Below, piece after piece: positions 46,377 through 55,538 of a DNA stretch of 64,000 nucleotides (the first letter of the stretch is position 1; every line of letters starts with the position of its first letter). The notes beneath the pieces were generated by a model. That model saw only the letters and a program-made list of their open reading frames with translations. It was not told the origin of the DNA and did not search any database. The position numbers and the translations under genes are program-made. The stretch lies in assembly GCA_016179185.1 (NCBI GenBank), contig JACORW010000018.1, positions 5,227 through 69,226 of the forward strand, written 5' to 3'. The DNA is from Gammaproteobacteria bacterium. GTDB lineage: Bacteria > Pseudomonadota > Gammaproteobacteria > Eutrophobiales > Eutrophobiaceae.

Positions 46377-48890
46377 ATGAAATCGCCGACCCAGCGCGCG
46401 TCCGCGCGCTCGTATAACTTGCAGGTCACACGACTGCTGCCGGCAGTCCTGCTGGCAGGACTCAGCGCCGGGGCATGGGCGCAGGGTGTGCTCGAAGAGG
46501 TGATCGTCACCGCCCAGAAGCGCGAGCAATCGGTCCAGGACGTCGGTATCTCCATCTCGTCGTTCTCCGGCGACCAGATGGAAGCGCTGGGGGTAACGCA
46601 GAGCATAGATGTGGCCAGCATGAGCCCGGGCGTGCATATCGGCGGTTCCATCGCGGGCCAGACCTCGTTGTTCACGATCCGCGGTGTCACCCAGAACGAT
46701 TTCACGGACTCGGTGGAATCCCCGGTCGCGGTGTACGTGGACGAGGGTTACATCGCGATGGCGCAGGGGCAGGGCTTTGCGACGTTTGATATCGACCGCG
46801 TCGAGATTGCCAAGGGCCCGCAATCCACGCTGTTCGGCCGCAACGCCACCGGTGGCGTCATTCATTACATCACCCGCAAGCCCACCCGCGAGGTGGAGAT
46901 GCGGGCCAACGTCGGCTACGGGTCCTTCGACAACGTCACCGCCGAGGGCGCCTTGGGCGGCCCCCTCGGGGAGACGCTGTCGGGCCGCATCTCGGCGTAT
47001 TACAACAATTTCGACGAGATCCTGGACAACAACTACACGGCGGCGGATGCGCCGATCCATCCCGGCACCGGCCTGCCCATGGCCGGCAGCCCGAATGGCG
47101 GGCAGGACATGTGGAACGATGACAGCCTTGGGCTCCGGGCCCAATTGCTGTTCGAGCCGAACGACGACGTGGACCTTCTGGTCATGGGGAATTACGCGAA
47201 GACGGACGTCTCCTCCGGCCCCTACCAGTCGAGCCCGAGCGTTCCGGTGTTCGATTCCGCCGGCAGGCTGGTGAACACAATCAAGGCCGATCCCGGCCAG
47301 AATTGCGAGGCCATCACGCTGGGGGTCGCCGGTTGCACGGCCATTCCGTTCGTGGACGGCGAGGGCGCCGGACTCCCCGGCTTCCTGGTGCTGGGTCCGG
47401 CAGGGGTGGAGGATGGTTTGCGCCCGGTGCCCGGCGGGGACTTTTTCGGTTATATCGATGAGGATGGGGCCGATCATGACACCCTCACCGATTTCGGTTA
47501 TCGGGATCTGAACGAGTTCGAGAGCTGGGGCGTGACGGGCAAGTTCACCTGGGACCTGCATTTCGCGACACTGACCGCCGTGTCCGATTACAAGCAATTC
47601 GACAAGCTGGTAATCATGGACGTGGATGCAGCCCCGGTTCCCCAGTCCCTGTTCCAGTCGGATGCGGAAACCGATCAGTTTTCCCAGGAAGTGCGCCTCA
47701 ATGGCGAGCTGGATCGGGCGCGCTGGGTGGCAGGATTCTATTACCTGTGGATCGACAACAAGACCTTCAATGGCCTGGCGTTGCCGGCGAACTCGCCGCT
47801 GTTCGGGGTGGCATTTGCGCTCCCGGACGGCACGCTGGGGGTCGTCCCCTTTGCCGGACTGGACGCGAACAACGACATCCGCCTCAAGACCAATTCCTAC
47901 TCGCTGTTCGGTCAGGTGGAATATGACCTGACCGATCAGTTCATGTTGACCCTGGGGTTGCGCGGCATCCAGGAGGAAAAGGACTACGACCTGAGCTCAC
48001 CGGTGTTCGTGAACACCGACGACCGCGTCGTTGACGACTCGATATTCGCGTTCCCGTTGCCGATTGACAGCCTGGGCAACATCGCCTTCGAGGACAGCAG
48101 CGGCAAGACACTGTGGGCCGGCAAGATCCAGCTCGACTGGAAGCCCAATGACGATGTGCTGCTCTATTTCGGCATCAACCGCGGCGTGAAGGCCGGCAGC
48201 TTCAACGGCCAGTTGCAGGACGGTTCACCGCGCCTGGATCCGGACGAGATCGGCTACAAGGAGGAGGTGCTGACCAATTACGAAGGCGGCGTGAAGTGGA
48301 CGCTGTTCGGCGGCCTGGCGCGGCTGAATGGCAGCATCTACTACTACGACTACAACGACTACCAGGCGTTCGTGTTCGTGCAATCCTCCGGCACCGTGTC
48401 CAACAACGACGGCAGCACCATCGGCACCGAATGGGAGCTGATCGCCCAGCCGGCGGAAGGTTGGGATCTGATGCTGAGCGTCGCCTACTTCGACGCCGAG
48501 GTCGAAGATCTGGCGCTTGCGCCGGATCTGCTGGTGGACGTGGAGCCCAGCTTCGCGCCGCCGCTGCAGTTTGCCGGCCTCGCGCGCTACGAGTGGCCGG
48601 CGTTCGGCGGCAAGATGGCGGTGCAGGGCGATTTCAATTACTCGGACCGCTTCTATTACAACATCCGCAACTTCGATTCACAGAAATATGACGAATACGT
48701 GGTGGGCAATTTCCGCGTCAGCTACACGACGGCGGATGAACACTGGACGCTGGCGGCGTTCGTCAACAATGTGGCGGATGAGCGCTACGGCGTCATCGGG
48801 TTTGATCTGGCGACGCTGTGCGGTTGCAACGAAGACTACTACGGCAAGCCGCGCTGGTGGGGCCTGAGCGTGAATTACAGTTTCCAGTAA
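46377..48890 (+). CDS. TonB-dependent receptor
   Basis: Signal peptide, LEEVIVTAQKR TonB box, RVEIAKGPQSTLFGRNATGG plug and C-terminal YSFQ. Confidence 0.95.
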   Translation: MKSPTQRASARSYNLQVTRLLPAVLLAGLSAGAWAQGVLEEVIVTAQKREQSVQDVGISISSFSGDQMEALGVTQSIDVASMSPGVHIGGSIAGQTSLFTIRGVTQNDFTDSVESPVAVYVDEGYIAMAQGQGFATFDIDRVEIAKGPQSTLFGRNATGGVIHYITRKPTREVEMRANVGYGSFDNVTAEGALGGPLGETLSGRISAYYNNFDEILDNNYTAADAPIHPGTGLPMAGSPNGGQDMWNDDSLGLRAQLLFEPNDDVDLLVMGNYAKTDVSSGPYQSSPSVPVFDSAGRLVNTIKADPGQNCEAITLGVAGCTAIPFVDGEGAGLPGFLVLGPAGVEDGLRPVPGGDFFGYIDEDGADHDTLTDFGYRDLNEFESWGVTGKFTWDLHFATLTAVSDYKQFDKLVIMDVDAAPVPQSLFQSDAETDQFSQEVRLNGELDRARWVAGFYYLWIDNKTFNGLALPANSPLFGVAFALPDGTLGVVPFAGLDANNDIRLKTNSYSLFGQVEYDLTDQFMLTLGLRGIQEEKDYDLSSPVFVNTDDRVVDDSIFAFPLPIDSLGNIAFEDSSGKTLWAGKIQLDWKPNDDVLLYFGINRGVKAGSFNGQLQDGSPRLDPDEIGYKEEVLTNYEGGVKWTLFGGLARLNGSIYYYDYNDYQAFVFVQSSGTVSNNDGSTIGTEWELIAQPAEGWDLMLSVAYFDAEVEDLALAPDLLVDVEPSFAPPLQFAGLARYEWPAFGGKMAVQGDFNYSDRFYYNIRNFDSQKYDEYVVGNFRVSYTTADEHWTLAAFVNNVADERYGVIGFDLATLCGCNEDYYGKPRWWGLSVNYSFQ

Positions 48891-48909
48891 TCCGGCTCCG
48901 GTAAGACAG

Positions 48910-48943
48910 CGGCACTGCCCGGGATTCCGGGCAGTGCCGTTTT
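48910..48943 (+). terminator. Rho-independent terminator
   Basis: CGGCACTGCCCGG-GATT-CCGGGCAGTGCCG followed by TTTT. Confidence 0.8.
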
Positions 48944-49067
48944 CATTGACAGGTCAGCCCTTGAGGCCCGGCGCGAACACCACCTCCAGGTCATGGCTCG
49001 GTGCGAATCAGAACGATGGCGGCGACCATGGCGTCATTCCTCCCGGAAATCGCCGCCGGCAGTCCGG

Positions 49068-49631
49068 TCAGCGATTGCTGCCGGCATCAGGGGGCGGGCG
49101 GTTGTGCAGGGAGCTGTACGTTCCGGAAATGCGGCCCGCTTCATCGTACATGCCGGTCAGCAGGTTGATGAGCTTGGAGGCCTCGGCCAGCTTGCTGTCC
49201 ACCTGCCCGATGATCATGGTCTGCTCGGTCAGGATCTGGCGGCGCAGATCGGCGTAATTGTCAGTCAGGGTGCGCCCGGCCTCGGTCGCTTCGTAGGCGA
49301 AGGTCTTCGGCGTCTTTTCCTTGACCTTGCGGCACAGGCCCATCTTCTCCAGCTTGCGCAGGCAGTACTGGATGTTCGGGATGTCGTCCCGGTTGAGCTG
49401 GCGGGCGATCTGGGCCGCGGTCTTCGGCCGGTCCTGCATCCGGATCACGTGCAGCACGACGCTCTCGATGTAGCTCAGGTCACCCATGCCGGCCACGTCG
49501 GCGAGCTGCGTCACCCAGCGTTCCCACGCCTGCTGGAAACGCAGCAGGGACCATTCGAATTCAGTGGTGGCGGCCTCGTGCGGCGTTCGCGCCAGATGCC
49601 ACTTGCGCTGCGATCCGGGCTCCGGTTGCAT
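49068..49631 (-). CDS. MarR-type winged-helix regulator (start uncertain)
   Basis: WHLA..TEFEWSL, VLHVIR, LNRDDIPNIQYCLRKLEKMGL and TEAG. Confidence 0.82.
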   Translation of the reverse strand: MQPEPGSQRKWHLARTPHEAATTEFEWSLLRFQQAWERWVTQLADVAGMGDLSYIESVVLHVIRMQDRPKTAAQIARQLNRDDIPNIQYCLRKLEKMGLCRKVKEKTPKTFAYEATEAGRTLTDNYADLRRQILTEQTMIIGQVDSKLAEASKLINLLTGMYDEAGRISGTYSSLHNRPPPDAGSNR

Positions 49632-49766
49632 CTGGCGGCCCTGGGGTTTGTTCCGGGTCCTCATGGGTGCGCGGGCGCGGGGCGTACGGTCAGGATTCTG
49701 CGGATCACGTCCGGTAAACTGTAGTATACCGCGGAACGTCGAGGCCATCGGTCAGGGGAGCAGACT

Positions 49767-50378
49767 ATGCACGGATTGGTGCGGGGATCCGTCGCCGGGA
49801 TCGGCGCGGCCCTGTTCTGTGTTCTCTGTGGCCGGCCGGTGACTTCGGCCGCGGATGATCCCGCTGCGGGCCCGGATCTCAGCGGCACCTGGGTTCTGAA
49901 CCTTGAACTCAGCGACGACCCGGATCGGCAGATTGAAAAGTCGATCCGGGCGGCGGGCGGGCGCCCGGACAGCGGCGGCAGACGCGGCCGCGAGCGCTAC
50001 CGGGGCGGGCCCGCGGACCAGGAAATCTATGATCACCTGATCTACGACGGGACGGTACGCATTGTGCAAAACGGCGCCGAGGTTCACATCGCTTACGGGT
50101 CGGGTTTCGAACGCCGCTTCTTCACCGACGGCCGCAGCCGGACCGTCAGCGCCAGTGGTTCCGGCAGCGGCGACGGCCTCGATTTTTCCTTTGGCGCGTG
50201 GAGCGGCCCGACGCTGCACGTCGAGGCCAAACCCCGCGACGGCGGCTGGACCCGGGAGAGCTATACGCTGGAACCGGGTGGCAACCGGTTGCGCGCCGAA
50301 ATGGAAATGAAGCCGCTGCTGTTCCCTGCGGTGGTGCAGGTACGATTGATCTACGACCGCGGTCCGGTACGCCGGTGA
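49767..50378 (+). CDS. Hypothetical exported protein
   Basis: Signal-like N-terminus, PDLSGTWVLNLELSDDP and a beta-rich C-terminus ending LIYDR. Confidence 0.65.
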   Translation: MHGLVRGSVAGIGAALFCVLCGRPVTSAADDPAAGPDLSGTWVLNLELSDDPDRQIEKSIRAAGGRPDSGGRRGRERYRGGPADQEIYDHLIYDGTVRIVQNGAEVHIAYGSGFERRFFTDGRSRTVSASGSGSGDGLDFSFGAWSGPTLHVEAKPRDGGWTRESYTLEPGGNRLRAEMEMKPLLFPAVVQVRLIYDRGPVRR

Positions 50379-50449
50379 ACGATGCCCGCGGGCCGGAACC
50401 GATCCGGTGCGGCGCGGCGGGTCCGGCCTGAAGCGGTCCGCGCCCGAAT

Positions 50450-51196
50450 TCATCGCGGCCCGCCGAACAGGTTCTCGTCCTGCAGGATTTCGGGATCGGG
50501 CCAGGCGTGCTTGGAATGGGTGAGTCCGAGTTCAAGGAACAGCTCGCAGAGTTTGTAGGCCACCAGGCCGGGGTTGATCACCGGCACCGGGAGTCGCCCG
50601 GCGAGATGGCGATGGGACTGGTGCATGGTCGTCGAACCCAGCACGATGACATCGGCCCCGTCCTCATCCATGGCGCGGCGCGCCGCCGCCTCGAGTCTGG
50701 CGAAAACGATCTCCTCCTTGCCCTGCAGCAATTCCTGCACGTCCGGCCGCGTGTCAATGTGGCGGATGGAGGCGCACCTGGCCTCCAGCCCGTAATCCCG
50801 GAGAGTCTTCCGGTACATCGGCAGCCACGGCTCCCACATGGTCAGGATCGAGAACCGGTGTCCGAGCATGCAGGCCAGGTGAAAGCTCGCCTGCCCGGGA
50901 CCGATGACCGGGATCCGGAGTCGCGAGCGCAGCGCATACAGGCCCGAATCGCTGACCGTGTTGATGCACACGGCGTCGAATCCCTCCTGTTCGGCGCGGA
51001 CGCCGGCGTCTATTACTATGGTGTCCATGATGAACAGGTCGTAATGGCTGTTGGCCAGCGTCATCAGGCGCCGGGAGCCCACGAAACTGACGTCGTAGCC
51101 CGGGCCGATGAATTCGCGCGGCACCTGGGACTCAATCAGGGCGCGGGTATGCTCGGACAGGGGGACCGGGAAAATGACCTTGATGCGTCTGCCCAT
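50450..51196 (-). CDS. Asp/Glu/hydantoin racemase family protein
   Basis: GFDAVCINTVSDSGL, PVIGPG, DGADVIVLGSTTM and PVINPG. Confidence 0.85.
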   Translation of the reverse strand: MGRRIKVIFPVPLSEHTRALIESQVPREFIGPGYDVSFVGSRRLMTLANSHYDLFIMDTIVIDAGVRAEQEGFDAVCINTVSDSGLYALRSRLRIPVIGPGQASFHLACMLGHRFSILTMWEPWLPMYRKTLRDYGLEARCASIRHIDTRPDVQELLQGKEEIVFARLEAAARRAMDEDGADVIVLGSTTMHQSHRHLAGRLPVPVINPGLVAYKLCELFLELGLTHSKHAWPDPEILQDENLFGGPR

Positions 51197-51271
51197 GGGG
51201 TATGACCACTCCCGTGAATGTGAAAGATTGATTGAAATTCTATTGAAAGTTGATATCTTCGGCCAGTCCGG

Positions 51272-51402
51272 AAGTGTAGAAAGTGAAAAGTTTAAAGTGA
51301 AAAGTGAAAACTAAGGGGGGCCGCGAGCCGTCCGGCTGACACGCCTGCTCCTTCTGACTTGCATCATCACTTTTCACTTTAATACTTTGCACTTTTAACT
51401 TG
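51272..51402. repeat. Inverted heptamer (AAAGTGA-type) arrays
   Basis: AAAGTGA/AAAGTTT units at 51280-51307; TCACTTT-type units at 51367-51402. Confidence 0.8.
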
Positions 51403-51419
51403 TATTTCAGGGGATTAGC

Positions 51420-53513
51420 GTGGGCTTGCGAGTCGGCGTGGACGTGGGCGGCACCTTCACGGACTTCCTGGTGGCCGATGCACAGGGCAACGCCGGGATC
51501 TTCAAGACCTCGACCACGCCCCGGGACCCGACCATCGGCTTCTTCCGGGGGCTGGAGAAGGCGGCCCAGGCGCGGTCGCAGACGCTGGCGGACTTTCTCG
51601 GGCAGGTGGAGGTGATCGTGCACGGCACCACCATCACGACCAACGCGACGCTCACCGGCGACGGCGCCGTCACCGGGTTTGTGACCACAAAAGGCTTCCG
51701 CGACGTGCTCAACATGCGCCGCGGCCTCAAGGAGCGCCAGTTCGAGAAATACGCGCCGCCGCCGGCGCTGGTGCCGCGCCACCGCATCCGGGTCGTGGAC
51801 GAGCGGGTCTCGGTCACCGGCGCGGTGGCCCGGCCGCTGAACGAAGACGACGTCAGTGCCGCCGCGAAATATTTTCGCGAGCAGAAAGTGGAGGCAGTGG
51901 CGGTATCGTTCCTCTGGTCATTTCGCAACCCGGCCCACGAACTGCGCGTGCGCGAGATTCTGGAGCGCGAACTGCCGGGCGTTTACATCTCCCTGTCCAC
52001 GGAAATCCTGCCGCAGATCCGCGTCTACGAGCGGCACAGCACGACCGCGCTGAACGCCTATGTCGGCCCGGTGCTGGCACGCTATTTGAAGCGCCTCCAG
52101 CAGGAACTCGAACAGCGCAGGTTCGGCGGGGCGCTCCTGATCATGCAGTCCAACGGCGGGGTCATGTCGCCGGAGGTGGCGCAGCGCTTCGCCTCCAATA
52201 CCCTGCTGTCCGGCCCGGCCGGGGCGCCCATGGCCGGCGTGTTCTACGGCGGTACCCACGGCTTCCGGAACGTGATCACCGTGGACATGGGCGGGACCTC
52301 CTTCGACGTGGCGCTGGTCAGGGATGCCGAGCCTTCGGTGACCACGGAGGGCGTCATCGGCGGGCACCGCATCGCTTCCCCGATCCTGGACATTCACACC
52401 ATCGGGGCCGGTGGCGGCTCGATTGCGTGGATCGACAGCGGCGGTCTGCTGGCGGTCGGACCGAAGAGCGCCGGCGCGGAACCCGGGCCGGCCTGCTACG
52501 GCCGCGGCGGCACAAAGCCCACGGTCACCGATGCGCAGTACCTGCTCGGATACCTCGACCCGGCGTTCTTCGAGGCCGGGGAGCTTGATTTCGACGGCGA
52601 GGCGGCGCACCGCGCCGTGGAACAGCACGTCGCGAAGCCGTTGAAGATGGACGCGGTGCAGGCCGCAGCGGGCATCTACGACATCGTCAACAACAACATG
52701 GCCGCGGCGCTGGGTGTCGTGTCCGTGCAGCGCGGCTACGATCCGCGGGAGTTCGTGCTGATCGTGGCCGGGGGCGCAGGTCCGATCCACGCGGCGCCGA
52801 TCGCGCGCGAACTGCAGATCCCGCTGATCCTGATCCCGCGCGCCTCGTCGGTGTTCTGTGCCGCGGGCATGCTGATCTCGGACCTCAAGCATGATTACGT
52901 GCGCACCTATGCCCGGGATTTTGACCAGATCGATCCGGCCGAGGTCGAGCGGCTGTTCGCGGAGATGGCCGCCGCGGCGCGCAAGGTGCTGAAGACCGAG
53001 CATGTCGCCGACAGCAGGGTCGAGATCACATACACCGCTGACATCCGCTACGTGGGCCAGTTCAACGAGGTGGAAGTGCCCGTGCCGTCCCGCGGCAGGA
53101 TCAGCCAGGCGGCACTGAAAAAGATGGCGGAGGATTTCCACAGGCGCCACGACGGTTTGTACGGCTACTCCATGCGCGGCGCGGCGCTGGAACTCATCAA
53201 TCTGCGCATCACGGCCCGCGGGCGCACGGAGAAACCGAAGCAGGAGAAGTACCAGCGCCAGGGCGGAGCCTCGACCCACGCCCGCATCGGCAGGCGGCGC
53301 GCGTATTTCGGCGGCAGATTCCGCGACGTGCCGGTGTACGACGGCCTGAAGCTGGATGCCGGAAACCGCATTGCGGGGCCGGCTATTGTCGTGCAGCCAA
53401 CGACGACCATCATCGTGCCGCCGGATTTCGACCTCATGTGCGATGACTGCATGAACTACCTGATGTACGGCAAGGGCCGGAACGTGGACCGGCTGTGCCG
53501 GGCTCTGCGATAG
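51420..53513 (+). CDS. Hydantoinase A/oxoprolinase ATP-binding subunit
   Basis: GVDVGGTFTD, HGTT, MQSNGG, LSGPAG, DMGGTSFD and GAGGGSIA. Confidence 0.93.
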   Translation: MGLRVGVDVGGTFTDFLVADAQGNAGIFKTSTTPRDPTIGFFRGLEKAAQARSQTLADFLGQVEVIVHGTTITTNATLTGDGAVTGFVTTKGFRDVLNMRRGLKERQFEKYAPPPALVPRHRIRVVDERVSVTGAVARPLNEDDVSAAAKYFREQKVEAVAVSFLWSFRNPAHELRVREILERELPGVYISLSTEILPQIRVYERHSTTALNAYVGPVLARYLKRLQQELEQRRFGGALLIMQSNGGVMSPEVAQRFASNTLLSGPAGAPMAGVFYGGTHGFRNVITVDMGGTSFDVALVRDAEPSVTTEGVIGGHRIASPILDIHTIGAGGGSIAWIDSGGLLAVGPKSAGAEPGPACYGRGGTKPTVTDAQYLLGYLDPAFFEAGELDFDGEAAHRAVEQHVAKPLKMDAVQAAAGIYDIVNNNMAAALGVVSVQRGYDPREFVLIVAGGAGPIHAAPIARELQIPLILIPRASSVFCAAGMLISDLKHDYVRTYARDFDQIDPAEVERLFAEMAAAARKVLKTEHVADSRVEITYTADIRYVGQFNEVEVPVPSRGRISQAALKKMAEDFHRRHDGLYGYSMRGAALELINLRITARGRTEKPKQEKYQRQGGASTHARIGRRRAYFGGRFRDVPVYDGLKLDAGNRIAGPAIVVQPTTTIIVPPDFDLMCDDCMNYLMYGKGRNVDRLCRALR

Positions 53514-53523
53514 GGAGGCAAAC

Positions 53524-55314
53524 ATGAAAAAGGCAGCGAAAAAGCCGGAGAAGAGAACAGCAAGGGGCAGCGGGCGTACCATCATGGTGGATCCGATCCG
53601 GGTCTCCGTGATCGACAACCGGCTGGATGCCATCAGCAAGGAGATCGGGCTCACGATGTTGCGCACGTCGCGCTCGCCGATCTTCTCCGAGGCGCGGGAT
53701 TTCGTCACCGGCGTGTTCGACCGCGAACTGCGCCTTGTGGCGCAGACCGCCTACATCCCCGTATTAATGGGCGCGTTGCCATACGCGGTGCGCAGCATCG
53801 CCGGGACCTTTGCCGGCGACATTAACGAGGGCGACGTGTTCATCCTCAATGATCCGTATCGCGGCAACAATCACCCGCCCGACATCACGATCGCGAAGCC
53901 CGTGTTCTTCAAGGGCAAGGTCGAGTTCTGGTCGGTGTGCAAGGGCCACCACGCCGACGTGGGCGGCAGCGGCGTCGCCGGTTACAACCCCGGCGCGCGC
54001 AGCATCTGGGACGAGTGCATCCGCATCCCGCCGGCGAAACTATACAACGCGGGAATGCTGAACAAGGCGTTGCTGGACACCATCCTGCTGAATGTGCACC
54101 TGCCGTTCCTGGTGGAGGGGGACCTGCATTGCCAGGTCGGCGCGGTCACCATCGGCGCGCGCAACCTCACCGCGCTGCTCGAGAAGTACGGCCCGAGCAC
54201 GCTGCATGCGGCCATCAACCGGATCTTTGACGCGTCCGAACGCCAGATGCGCGACGTGATCGAACGTGTCCCCGACGGAGAGTACCGCGCCGAGCGTAAC
54301 GTGGATCATGACGGGATCCACAAGGACCGGATGATTACAGTGCGTGTCAATGTGAAGGTGAAGAAATCCGACATCACCTTCGATTTCACCGGCAGCGACA
54401 GCCAGGCGGCGGGCTACATCAACAGCACAATGCCGAACACGGTGTCCTCGGCGTTTCTGGCGCTGTTCATGTCCGTCGGGTCCGGCGTGCGTTTCAACGA
54501 AGGGGCGCTGCGCGCGCTGCACGTGGTGGCGCCGCCCGGCACCGTGGTCAATGCCCTGGAACCGGCGCCGGTCACCGGCTGCACCATCGCAGCGGCGCAA
54601 TGCATCATCGAGGCGGTCTGGCTCGCGCTGGCGCAGGCTGTGCCGGACAAGGTGGACGCCTGCTGGGCGCGCTGGTGCGCGCCCGCGTCCATGGGCTTCA
54701 ACCCGCGCACTGGCCGCCCGTTCGGCGACATTCATTTCATGTGCAAGGGCGGGGCCGGAGCATCGCAGGGCCTCGACGGCTGGGATCATCTGGGCACCGT
54801 GGTGTGCGCGGGCGGACTGCGCGCGCCGGACCCGGAACTGCATGAACTGGTGAACCCGTACACCGTGCTGCAGTACGAGTTCTGGCCCGACAGCGCCGGC
54901 GCCGGGCAGTGGCGCGGCGGCATGGGCACGATCTACCGCTGGCGCGTGGAAACGGACAACATTGCCGTCGCAAATTTCGGCGGCGGCAACCGGCTGGAGA
55001 CTGCGCCCTTCGGCTTGCAGGGGGGCAAGGCGGCGCCGCCGCACCAGCTTTTTCTGCGGCACAAGGACGGCATCGAAAATGTGGACGCCGAGAGTTTCTA
55101 CAACTACAGCACCGGGGACATCTTCGAGATCTACGAGAGCGGTGGCGGCGGCTACGGCGATCCGCGCAAGCGCCCGGTGGACAAGGTGCGCGATGACGTA
55201 TTCAACGGCCTCGTGTCGGTGGAAAACGCGCGTCACGATTACGGGGTGGTCATAGACCCGGAGACAATGAAACTGGATGCGCAGGCCACGGCCAAGCTGC
55301 GCGCGGGTGCATGA
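53524..55314 (+). CDS. Hydantoinase B/oxoprolinase subunit
   Basis: RTSRSPIFSEARD, NDPYRGNNHPPD, HHADVGG, SAGAGQWRGG and GGGGYGDP. Confidence 0.93.
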   Translation: MKKAAKKPEKRTARGSGRTIMVDPIRVSVIDNRLDAISKEIGLTMLRTSRSPIFSEARDFVTGVFDRELRLVAQTAYIPVLMGALPYAVRSIAGTFAGDINEGDVFILNDPYRGNNHPPDITIAKPVFFKGKVEFWSVCKGHHADVGGSGVAGYNPGARSIWDECIRIPPAKLYNAGMLNKALLDTILLNVHLPFLVEGDLHCQVGAVTIGARNLTALLEKYGPSTLHAAINRIFDASERQMRDVIERVPDGEYRAERNVDHDGIHKDRMITVRVNVKVKKSDITFDFTGSDSQAAGYINSTMPNTVSSAFLALFMSVGSGVRFNEGALRALHVVAPPGTVVNALEPAPVTGCTIAAAQCIIEAVWLALAQAVPDKVDACWARWCAPASMGFNPRTGRPFGDIHFMCKGGAGASQGLDGWDHLGTVVCAGGLRAPDPELHELVNPYTVLQYEFWPDSAGAGQWRGGMGTIYRWRVETDNIAVANFGGGNRLETAPFGLQGGKAAPPHQLFLRHKDGIENVDAESFYNYSTGDIFEIYESGGGGYGDPRKRPVDKVRDDVFNGLVSVENARHDYGVVIDPETMKLDAQATAKLRAGA

Positions 55315-55396
55315 GTCGAATGTCGTGGATGAGCAGGCTGCGGCGAAGTTACGCGCAAGTGCCTGAAGGCTTGCCGGCGCATTCTTACAGGTGCCC

Positions 55397-55482
55397 GATC
55401 GCACGGTTGCGGACACGCCGTAAATACGTCCGTGTAGGCTCGGGTGCCGCTCCTGCGGCACACGGTCCGCCACCGTGCGATC
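55397..55482. repeat. Stem-enclosed conserved element, copy B
   Basis: 18-bp inverted arms (55397-55414 and 55465-55482) around a 50-nt core differing at 2 positions from copy A. Confidence 0.85.
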
Positions 55483-55538
55483 CGGCTCCCTTGAATGCGC
55501 CTGCCGCCGGGCCCAACGCAAAATGAGAGCTACCTGAA

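Noticed and set aside
55315-55538. Cobalamin riboswitch upstream of the mutase
   Set aside because: No B12-box motifs; the space is occupied by the dispersed stem-enclosed element
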